A stretch of 58,928 bases of DNA, taken from positions 50,819,725-50,878,652 of the forward strand of contig NC_068991.1 in assembly GCF_001194135.2 (NCBI RefSeq), read 5' to 3'. This stretch comes from Octopus bimaculoides. Taxonomy: Eukaryota. Made by a program: the position numbers and the translations under genes. The notes beneath the pieces are model-generated. The model was not told where the DNA came from. It made no database searches and saw only the letters and a program-made list of their open reading frames with translations. Shown here piece by piece: positions 12,951-22,486 of the stretch. Position 1 is the first letter of the stretch. Each line of letters begins with the position of its first letter.

Positions 12951-13535
12951 TGAGGGGGTACCCCGAAGAAACTGGAATTTTACAATATTATTCTATTCAC
13001 TTAGTTTGCATGTTTAGACTTTTAACACCTTCAAAGTATTCACCATTTGAAGCATGCATCAGTCCAGACTCATTTTCCACTGTTCAAAGCAGTCCTGGGT
13101 CTCTTGCAAAGTGATGCCTTTTAACTCCTCTATGGTTTTTTGTTTTTTTCTTCACTGCTTCCACATCTGCAAATTCCATAGCACCAGCTTTCATCACCAG
13201 TGGTGACTATCGAAAAAAGGTCTGGATCAACTTCCAGCTGTTTTTTCAGTTCATGACATGCATTTGGTCATGACTGCTTTTGATCTTCTGATCTTGCTGC
13301 AACCCTTTTTGTTCACAATTCCTTGCTCAAAATTCGTTATTAGGAGCTCCAGGATGCACCAGCCATATTAACAAGCTTGTCAATTGTTCGGTGATGGTCT
13401 TCCAAGATCAGTTCATGAATTTTCCTGATGTTTTCATTTGTTTGGGAGGCTGACAGTCGTCCTTAATAAGGTTGGTCTTCAAGCAACAAGGGACCATTCC
13501 TAAAACATGGAAACCACTCATAGCATCCTTGCAAG
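12951..13535 (-). mobile_element. Mariner transposon remnant, internally deleted
   Basis: TA plus TIR tgagggggtaccc at 12951. The minus strand gives YEWFPCFRNG..LEDQP..GR...NENIRKIHELILED (HTH), DPDLFSIVTTGDE (first catalytic D) and CFEQWK...ASNGEYFE (C-terminus). Confidence 0.85.
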
Positions 13536-13539
13536 CTAT

Positions 13540-14135
13540 TCGTAAATACTACAAAATTAAATCCCATGATAAGTAGTACAGGCACCATCCAGAGGATGTA
13601 GTAAGTGGCAAGGGCATCACCATCCTTTGGAACTTCCCATTACAAACAGAGAGAAAAATTGACTCCAATTGACCAGACATTGTGATCAAGGACTACAACA
13701 GAGGAACTTGTCTGTTAATAGATATGTCTGTCCCACATGATCAAAATGTCTCACGAAAGGAATACGAAAAGCTTTCTCACTATAAAGATCTGCAAATTGA
13801 AATCACAAAAATGTGGAAGCTTAATACTATTATATTACCAGTTGTAATTGGTGCATTGAGAATGATAAGGAAGGGAGCTGAGAAGTATATCAAGCAACTC
13901 ACTGGTAGCTCCAATCTCCATGAGCTACAAAAGATAACCTTGATGGGTACAGCACATATACTACAGAGAGCACTCCCCATCTAAGATGGATTAATGTGGT
14001 GATAATTTTAGCATGCATAGCAAAACAAAAGTGCCCTTGCTACTCTTGGCCTCTAGAGGATGACCGGTACTAAGGCAGCTGAAATAAAGTTATAATGAAT
14101 GGAAACCATAAACGGTAATAATAATAATAATAATG
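13540..14135 (+). mobile_element. R4/Dong-clade non-LTR retrotransposon, 3' end (REL endonuclease)
   Basis: ITILWNFPLQTERKIDSN*PDIVIKD...LLIDMSVP..NVSRKEYEKLSHYKDLQIEITKMWKL....PVVIGAL...LQKITLMGTAHILQR, then a short 3' UTR ending in (TAA)n. Confidence 0.85.
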
Positions 14136-14149
14136 ATAATCCTTTCTAT

Positions 14150-14600
14150 TATAAGCACAAGTCCTGGAATTTGAAAGGAGGGGAATAGTCGATCACATTG
14201 ACCCTAGTGTTTCACTGGTACTTAATTTATTGACCCTGAAAGGATGAAAGGCAAAGTCAACCCCGGCAGAATTTGAACTCAGAAAGTAGTGGCAGACGAA
14301 ATACTGCCAAGCATTTTGCCCGGCATGCTAACAATTCTACCAGCTCACTGCCTTTATGATGATAATAATAATAATAATAATAATAATGGTTTCAAATTTT
14401 GGCACAAGGCAAGCAATTTCGGGGGATGGAAGTAAGTTGATTACATCGACCCCAGTGTTCAACTGGTACTTATTTTATCGACCCTGAAAGGATGAAAGGC
14501 AAAGATGACCTCAGCAGATTTTGAACTCAGAATGTAAGGCTTGATGAAATGCTGCTAAGTATTTTGCCTGGTGTGCTATCAATTCTGCCAGCTTGCCACC
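14150..14600 (-). mobile_element. Two tandem family D SINEs separated by (TAA)n
   Basis: Family D motifs on the minus strand at about 14150-14350 and 14390-14600. Confidence 0.8.
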
Positions 14601-15254
14601 TTAGAACCTATCCAAATATTGCAGACATTTTATCTGACACTAACCACTCAGCACTATTACCTATCAAGAAAATCTGTCAGTTGTGGGTAGGCAATCTTTT
14701 GAAAGAATTAATAAATGTTAGATAGTAGTGAGATAGGCCTATACTTTACTTCATTTCAGGAGGGAGTCTTTTATGAAGACTGGAATTATTTTGGTAATTA
14801 TAAAATTATCAGTGATTATTTCATTTCAAAAGAATAGATTAAAAAATGAGCCCTTATTTGCATATATTACATTCAAGAAGTTTCAGGATTTTGCTGAGTA
14901 TGTTGTTTCTACTCTGTTTGTGGGTTTATGATTATGGGATTAGATAAAGGTTCTCTCAGAAGGGCGGGTGAGTGGTAGAGCAAGTGGGAATTTGGCTTAT
15001 CAAGAAAATCATGGAAGTTTTTAAAGATAAAGAATGTTGTATTATTTCAAATGCAAAACTTGAAAAGTAATTATTAAATATATTAGAAATGATAAATGGA
15101 TTGGAATAGCTGTGTCATTTTCAAATAGGTTTTGTGCTTTAACACCATCAACTAAACCTTTGAATGCCTTTAACAGGGTGTGGTGTGTTGTAAAAATTTG
15201 GGCAAAATCTTCAGTGGAGGATAACTTTCTACATCCAGGAAAGAGTCATAGGTA

Positions 15255-15355
15255 CTACTCCCCTTCCCCCACATTTACTCCCCTTCCCCCCCACGTTTAC
15301 TCCCCTTCCTCATATTACTCCCTTTCCTCTCACCATTACCCTTCCTCTTCTCACT
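15255..15355. repeat. Degenerate ~21-bp C-rich tandem repeat (tactccccttccccc...)
   Basis: About 5 visible units. Confidence 0.7.
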
Positions 15356-16065
15356 AAACCATGAAATAAAATTAACAAAGCCCATACAAAAACCATATCT
15401 AAAAGTCTTAAAGAGACAATGGAATTCACTTCCAGCAGATCTTTTTGTTATTGAGAAAAAGAAGTTCAATAAATAAATATATCTACTTTCTCTTTTTTTC
15501 TTCTAAATATCACCAAATTGTTGCAATATTGTTTGCATTCTCTTCACAGAAGAGCTTTTAGGCCAGGATCTTTAACAGCTTTAATATATATATATATATA
15601 TTTCCTGTATTCTTATCTGTTTTATTTATCCTCTGTGAATGGTGTTAGACATTTTCTCTGGTTAATGGATTGTTTATGTTTTGGTCACTCAATATGGAAG
15701 AGGATATCTATCAAAAACTTAAGTGAAACAAATATTGGAAAATAGGTCTACAGTGGAATTTTCTAGCTTCAGAATATTTTCATAGTGAATAATCTTTCTT
15801 TTACTGGTTTCAGCCATTGGATAGTGGCCATGCTATAGCATCACTGTCAAAGATTTTAATAGATCATATTGATCTCCAGTCTGTAACCTATTTTATTAAA
15901 ATCTGTTTGTTGAACTATTAGGTTGTTTCACATGAAATGTTACATTTTTAATTACTTATTATTTCAGTCATTTAAAAACTCAATTATGTATACGTTGCAT
16001 TTAATCTTGACCCTTTTCCTTTCCCAACAATATTGGTATACAAAATTTGTACCCACAGACCTTAT

Positions 16066-16420
16066 GAAAATGATAACTACCAAACTATGTTGGGTGATTT
16101 TTTTGTATGAGTACAAACTGGGTTACTCTGCCACAGAAACTCTATGGAATATCAAGCAGGCCTTTGGTAATGGTTTTGCTGACATCAGAATTGTTCAGAA
16201 ATGGTTCCAAAGCTCTTGTTCAGGAGATGATAGCCTTGAAAATAAACTAAGGATTAGGCCAAAATCAGTTATTCGGCATGATGGATTAAATGCTTTGGTT
16301 GAACAAAATCCGAGAACAAAGATTGGAAAACTTTCATCAGAACTCCAAACATCTCGTACAACTGTTTTCGGACACCTGTAAAATATTGGAAAAGTCAAGA
16401 AGACAGATAGGTTTGTTCCA
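16066..16420 (+). mobile_element. Mariner transposase N-terminal fragment (pseudogene)
   Basis: IFLYEYKLGYSATETLWNIKQAFG...VQKWFQ....GDDSLEN..R.RPKS.....LNALVEQNPR.....L*NIGKVKKTDRFVPH. This is the paired HTH and the WVPH(E)-like linker. Confidence 0.85.
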
Positions 16421-16465
16421 CATTATGCTTCTTTTCTTACATTGCAGACTGTTTATTCCTTAAAA

Positions 16466-16715
16466 TAGCTAGAGTGTGTGCTGCCTGGGGCAGCCCTTCA
16501 GTTTTCCACCCCCAGGCCCCCACAAAAAGCACATATTGCACTGTGACTATATCAACGGTCGCATTTAATGGTGAATAGTGTGTGTGTATCCCAACATTAA
16601 AACCACTTTATTAGATTTCAATACAACCTGGTCAGCCTACAGCAGACCCAAAAGTGGTGCTGCCCCCATAAAAGTGGGCAGCATTCCCACTCTGCCCCTT
16701 CTAGCTATGTCAGTG
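16466..16715. mobile_element. MITE with (c)gtagctag.../...ctagctacgccactg-like TIRs, CpG-decayed copy
   Basis: Homologous to 27859-28013 and 29370-29530. Confidence 0.6.
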
Positions 16716-17167
16716 TCTCTATAAATTTAATCACTCATTTTCATATTTCTTTCTATACTCCTTATTGTAGAATTTCAGTGTGAAGGACATGTTTGGAATG
16801 GTTTTAATCAAAAATACCTGCAATTAACATGATTTAATTATACTTTTATTTATTTATTTCATTTTTATGTTTTTGTTTGTTTTTTTCGTCAAGTGATTCT
16901 TTATTGTTTACACACCCTGCCAATATTTTGCCTTTGATTTAATCGTTATAGAGTAACCCACTCAAATGCTTCCTTCTTATCTCAATATTCTTCTTCTTAA
17001 ACATTTCCTGTATCACAACTCCAGTTTTATTTGTAAATCAAAGACATGATCCTCAGAAATAGGAAACTTTTGAGTTTATATTTTGGCATTCTATTTTCAG
17101 TTACTTTCATATTATTCTTTATTTCACTGAAGACTTTACTTTCAAGTGTTTATATAAACATGTATAG

Positions 17168-17315
17168 CATCATCATCATTACCATCATCATTGTCATCAT
17201 CGTCATCACCACCACCACACCACCACAACCACCACAACCACCACACCACCACCACCACTGCCACCACCACTACTGCCACCACCACCACCACCACCACCAC
17301 CACCACTACCATAAC

Positions 17316-17350
<35 letters not shown>

Positions 17351-17355
17351 CCATT
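17168..17355. repeat. Compound (CAT)n/(CAC)n trinucleotide microsatellite
   Basis: Directly visible. Source of the poly-H/T/V ORFs. Confidence 0.95.
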
Positions 17356-17429
17356 GTTGTATTTTATGTCCGTTTTCTTTTCTGTCCGGCATGGATTGGA
17401 TGAAGCTTATCAAGGCCATATTCGATAAG

Positions 17430-17650
17430 TGGTGAAGATGAGTCAAGGCGTTATCTCAATGTGGCAAGGAGGTAAGTGAAGAGGTCAGACAGGAATGGAG
17501 ACACAGAGTTGGGGAGGAAATTAAGTAAAGAAGGGAAGTGTTGTGAATGCATTGAGAAGTAAAAATGAGTGGTGCAGGGTGATGGTGGCAGTGTTGGGAA
17601 GCTGAGTTGTAAAGGCGGTGAAGAGAGTTGTCAGAGACAGATTTGGTGCA
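17430..17650 (-). mobile_element. CR1/L2-like LINE 3' fragment
   Basis: Similar in composition and decayed translation to 57130-57490. Weak peptide resemblance only. Confidence 0.35.
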
Positions 17651-17992
17651 GGGACATAAATATGAGTTATGAGGTGGGAGCACTAAGCAATGATGTGTAT
17701 AAATGCAATGTTATAACCAGTTCGAATATGCCAGTATTTACACCATTTGTCTACAGAGAGAAATTTTCTCCATGACAAAACACAGTGAATGGCTATTTAC
17801 GAGTTTGAATGGGTCACTAACGTATTTGAACTGGTAATGACATTGTATTTATACACATCACTGCTCCGTGCTCGCACCTTGAAATTTGTTTACATTGAGC
17901 TACCAATTAGCACTAACAGCCATCACACGATAATTGGAATAGCATAAGAGAGATTGTCTCTCTTATCAGCTTGCAGCACCATCATCCAGTTT

Positions 17993-18040
17993 CTGTGACT
18001 GAAGAGTAGATAACCACTCCAAAATGCTTGCATCTCAGTC
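17993..18040 (+). ncRNA. Type I hammerhead ribozyme, decayed copy
   Basis: CUGUGA-CUGAAGA-...-AAAA (G12>A, consistent with CpG decay)-UGC-UU-GCA-UC-UCAG (2-nt deletion in stem I). Confidence 0.6.
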
Positions 18041-18334
18041 TGGATAGGTGGTGTTGCAAGCAAATTTAGGTGTATTTACACCATTTGTCTACAGAGAGAA
18101 ATTTTCTCCATGACAAAACACAGTGAATGGCTAGTTTACGAGTTTTAACCGGTCACTAACATATTTGAACTGGTAATGACATTGTATTTATACGCATTAC
18201 TGCTTAGAGCTCCCACCTTGTAATTTATTTACAATCAACCACCGATTAACGCTACCAGCTGATGTACAATAACTGGAATAACATAAGAGAGATTATCTCT
18301 CTTATCAGCTTGCAGCACCACCATCATCCAGTTT

Positions 18335-18382
18335 CTGTGACTGAAGATGAGATAACCACTTCGAAATGCTTGCATCTCACAG
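18335..18382 (+). ncRNA. Type I hammerhead ribozyme, near-intact
   Basis: Stem I CUGUGA/UCACAG (6 perfect bp), core CUGAAGA at 18341-47, stem II GAG/UUC, GAAA at 18363-66, stem III AUGC-UU-GCAU, and cleavage triplet AUC at 18374-76. Confidence 0.8.
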
Positions 18383-18734
18383 TCTGGATAAGTAGAACTG
18401 CAAGCTGATTTATGTGTATTTACATCATTTGTCTACAGCAAGAAATTTTCTCTATGACAAAACACAGTGAATGGCCTGTTTATGAGTTCAAACCTGACAT
18501 ATTTGAACTGGTAAACCTGACGTATTCGAATAGCATAAGTATGAGTGATATGCCTTTAGAGTTTACGTTTTCCTTAGATGGATGGGTTTTTTAAAACATG
18601 GCAAATCCTCATTCATTTAGGGCAGTGGTTTTGAACCATTTTGTTAATCTATGGACCCCTTTGATTTCTCTTTTTCTTGGGTGGGCCTTCATGGCTATTT
18701 GATGCTTTAAAAAAATCCAATTATATTTTTCATC

Positions 18735-19190
18735 ATCATCATCATCATCGTCGTTTAACGTCTGCTTTCCATGCTAGCATGGGTTGGACGATTTGACTGA
18801 GGACTGGTGAAACCAGATGGCTACACCAGGCTCCAATCTGATTTGACAGAGTTTCTACAGCTGGATGCCCTTCCTAACGCCAACCACTCTGAGAGTGTTG
18901 TAGGTGCTTTTACATGCCACCGGCACGAGGGCCAGTCAGGCAATACTGGCGACGGCCATGCTCAAAATGGTGTATTTTACGTGCCACCTGCACAGGAGCC
19001 ATTTCAGCGGCACTGGCAACGATCTCGCTCGAATGTCTTTACACGTGCCATCTGGCACAAGTGCCAGGAAGGCGATGCTGGGCACAGGTGCCATTGACGG
19101 TTTCACTTTCGCTTGCCCCAATAGGTCTTCGGAAGCCGAGTTTTGTTTCCAATGAAGGAGACGACGTTGGCATGGGTGCCAGTCGTTGAA
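18735..19190 (-). mobile_element. SINE family E with (GAT)n tail and internal gtgccacc sub-repeats
   Basis: catcatcgtttaacgtctgctttccatgctagcatgggttggacg... Homologous to 32228-32520 and 56340-56900. Confidence 0.8.
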
Positions 19191-19219
19191 TATTACTAGG
19201 AATTTATCTTTTCTTTTAT

Positions 19220-19600
19220 CTTTTATTTGTTTCAGTCATTTGACTGTGGTCATGCTGGGGCACTGCCTTGATGAATCTTTACTTAAATGAATTGACTCCC
19301 AGTGCTTATTATTATTTTTAAGGCCTGGTACTTATTCTATTGAACTGCTAAGTCATAGGAACGTAAACACATCAATACTGATTGTCAAGTGGTGGTGGGG
19401 GACAAAGATACAAAGACACACACACACACACACACATATAATGGGCTTTCAGTTTCTGTATACCAAATCCACTCACAAAGCTTTGGTGAGCCTGTGGTTA
19501 AAGCAGAAGGCACTTGCCCAAGGTGCCATACAGTGGGACTGAACTCTGAACCATGCAGTTGAGAAGCAAGGTCCTTACCACATAGTCATGCCTGTGTCTA
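19220..19600 (-). mobile_element. Family A SINE
   Basis: Reverse complement of the family A tail, core and head. Confidence 0.8.
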
Positions 19601-20220
19601 TTGTAGAAAAAAGATTGTTAAAATATTTTCCATATTGGTGAAGTATAACCAATTTATTGCACATAAATTTTGATTTCAAATTTTGGCACAAAGTCAGCAA
19701 CTTTGTGGGAGGGGTAAGTTGAGCACTGAAGTTGACTTCAGTGCTCAACTGGTACTTATTTCATCGACCCTGAAAGGATGAAAGGTAAAGTTGACCTCGA
19801 TGGAATTTGAACTCATGATGCAACTATGGACAAAATGCCTAGCGTGCTAGCAATTCTGCCAACTCACCACCTTGTTATTGCATATAAATTTTAACAACAA
19901 AATATTTTATAGACCTTCAAGGGTCATGAGGATCCATGTTGAAACAAACAAACAGGCATACATACATACATACATACATATGTACGTATACATGCACACA
20001 CACACACACACACATATCAATGCCCGAAATGAGGAGTAGATAGACAGCCGACAACTGATGAAGGGTCGTTCTTTATGTTACTTGTCCTGTTTCCATTTGT
20101 TTCTCTCGGTGTTTGCGTATTGAACTTATTTGTTTTCGTATTTCATGTGGTTTACTGTCGGTGACATTCTGTGCCCATATATGCATACGTATATATATAT
20201 ATATATGCATATAGCACTCT

Positions 20221-20572
20221 GTTGGTTAGGACGACGGGGTTTCCACTTGATCCGATCAACGGAACAGCCTGCTCGTGAAATCAACGTGCAAGTGACTGAG
20301 CACTCCAAAGACACGTGTACCCTTAAAGTGGTTCTTGGGGAGATTCAGCGTGACCAGGCTGGCCCTTTGAAATACAGGCACAACAGAAACAGGAAGTAAG
20401 AGTGAGAGAAAGTTGTGGTGGAAGAGTACAGCAGGGTTCGCCACCACCCACTGCTGGAGCTTCGTGGAACTTTATGAGTTTTCGCTCAATAAACAATTAC
20501 AACACCCGTCTGGGAATCGAAACCGTGATCCTAAGACCGCGAGTCCGCTGCCTTAACCACTGGGCCATTGCA
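20221..20572 (-). mobile_element. tRNA(Arg)-like SINE, family B
   Basis: Reverse complement of the 30431, 40043 and 52811 copies. Confidence 0.85.
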
Positions 20573-20844
20573 CACACACACACACTTGCACATACACACA
20601 CACACACACACATTGTAAACAGTTCTTACACCCACAAACCCAGAGAGCCGTCTTGGCTTAAATAAAAAAGCTGTGAGTTGGTGACCAGGTTGAATAAATC
20701 GCAGCCGTTTTTCAAATGACATATTTATCCCTGATATCATTCATACAGCTTCATGAGTTGTAGAGCACTCTTTAGCGGGTAAAGATCTTGTTTAGACGAA
20801 AAAAATGCACTGTGTAAGGGTTGTGTCAAGATATTACAAATAAA

Positions 20845-21213
20845 CACACGTGTGCGCTCGCACGCACACGCACACACACGCACGCACGTACATACACACA
20901 TGCACGCACACATACACACGCACGTACACACACGCACACACACAACACACGCGCACACACACACAAATGCACGCGCGCACATGCACACACACACACGTGC
21001 ACACACGTGCACACACGTGCACACACACGCACACATACACACATGCTTGTATAGATGCATGTATATGAATGTACATGTGTGTGTATATGTATAAGTAATA
21101 TATATATATATATATATATAAATATACTGTTGTGTCTGGGGAGACGCACATATATAGACTCACGTGTGTGTATGTGTATGTATGTAAATGTATATATATA
21201 TATGTATATATAA

Positions 21214-21269
<56 letters not shown>

Positions 21270-21436
21270 NNNNNNNNNNNNNNNNNNNNNNNNNNNNNNN
21301 NNNNNNNNNNNNNNNNNNNNNNNNNNNNNNNNNNNNNNNNNNNNNNNNNNNNNNNNNNNNNNNNNNNNNNNNNNNNNNNNNNNNNNNNNNNNNNNNNNNN
21401 NNNNNNNNNNNNNNNNNNNNNNNNNNNNNNNNNNNN

Positions 21437-21490
<54 letters not shown>
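20845..21490. repeat. (CA)n/(TA)n compound microsatellite with an N gap
   Basis: Directly visible. Source of many spurious HT/VC/IY ORFs. Confidence 0.95.
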
Positions 21491-21492
<2 letters not shown>

Positions 21493-22438
21493 CCGCACGT
21501 GTGTTGCGAAGTCAAATAAAGAATATTTCTTTATCCTAAGCATTAAATGCTTTCGCTGATTCCAAACTCAGTTTTGCCTTAAAATTTTGGGAAAAACAAA
21601 ATATTCTAATTCTTTCTTTTTAAGTCTTTGAATATAAGGAAAATCACTTTTTTTCATTTGAACCCAAAGTAATTTGTAAATTTTATTGCTAAAGAGACAA
21701 AAACCTCGTTTCTTTTTCGTTTTAAAGTCTGACAAAGAAATCTCTGAAACAATTGTAATTCTTCAAAAAACATGCGGATTATTTCAAGGCTTTCAATAAC
21801 CAATGTTCTGGGAAATAAAAATTTATATTTTTCTGATCTGAGGGAGACAGAAAATAATTCTATTTGTCCATTTGTTAATCCCTGCCGCTCCTTTTTTTCT
21901 CATTAGTAGAAGAAGAAAAAAACTTATGTTAGAAATAAAAGAGAAAGAAAAATAAAATTCCTCAAGAAATCTAGTTTCCCGCTGTTTTTTTATGTTTCCA
22001 ACCTTTGTCAGTTTCTCAGATTTCAATGAGAAGTAAACGTTATCTTGTTTACAATTGCGGTTGAAAGGATTTAAAACGAAGAGGGTTTTGAAGTATTTTT
22101 AATTGTTTAGGGGTTTGTTTCCTTGTCTGAGAGTTGCTTCTAAATAAACAGCTGTAAGCGACCTCAAGACAGTTTTAATTAATTATTCCTGTTAAAAGCT
22201 ACACTTCATTTAGACAACCAATTAATGTTATAATACCAAAAATTAAAGTGAAAACAAAAGTGGTGTCGTCAACGAGGCGAACCCCTTTTATCGAGACAAA
22301 CTTCGAGACTGACAATCGTTCTTTCATTGTTAGATTAGAGACGATGTCGGGGATGGAGTGAGAAGAGGAAGGGAATGTTAGCGGCAGCGGCGGCGGCGGC
22401 GGCGGTGATTATAGCAACCACAACGACGACGACTATAC

Positions 22439-22486
22439 ATGCTTCACAATCAGTCGAGTAGCGGCAGGTACTCGCTCTGGGTCCAT
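22439..22486 (-). CDS. Candidate first coding exon (MDPERVPAATRLIVKH)
   Basis: ATG at 22486, 16 open codons, then a possible donor CAT|gtatag. Lies inside the CpG island. No homology recognised. Confidence 0.25.

Larger units (their letters stand above)
17735..18540 (+). mobile_element. ~340-bp tandem repeat (about 2.4 units) carrying hammerhead ribozymes: retrozyme or Penelope pLTR-like
   Basis: Units start at 17735, 18073 and 18417 (periods 338 and 344). Units 1 and 2 each contain a hammerhead core. Confidence 0.75.

Noticed and set aside
14118-14600. Family D SINEs mobilised by Dong because both sit in TAA repeats
   Set aside because: In sense orientation Dong ends in (TAA)n while the SINEs end in (TTA)n, which is the opposite strand, and they share no 3' sequence.
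14600-15500. Possible decayed Penelope or LINE ORF
   Set aside because: Only scattered weak peptide resemblance, with no diagnostic motif.
18275-18315. Antisense CUGAUAA plus hairpin in the ribozyme repeat (a possible second, ambisense hammerhead)
   Set aside because: G8 is absent and no GAAA follows the stem, so there is no evidence for viroid-like ribozymes on both strands.
20036-20090. GCCC-GAAA ... CUGAUGA-AGGG, a possible permuted (type II) hammerhead
   Set aside because: Stems I and III cannot be paired, and no GAAA follows the core. It is probably a Penelope-type remnant but is not a supportable ribozyme.
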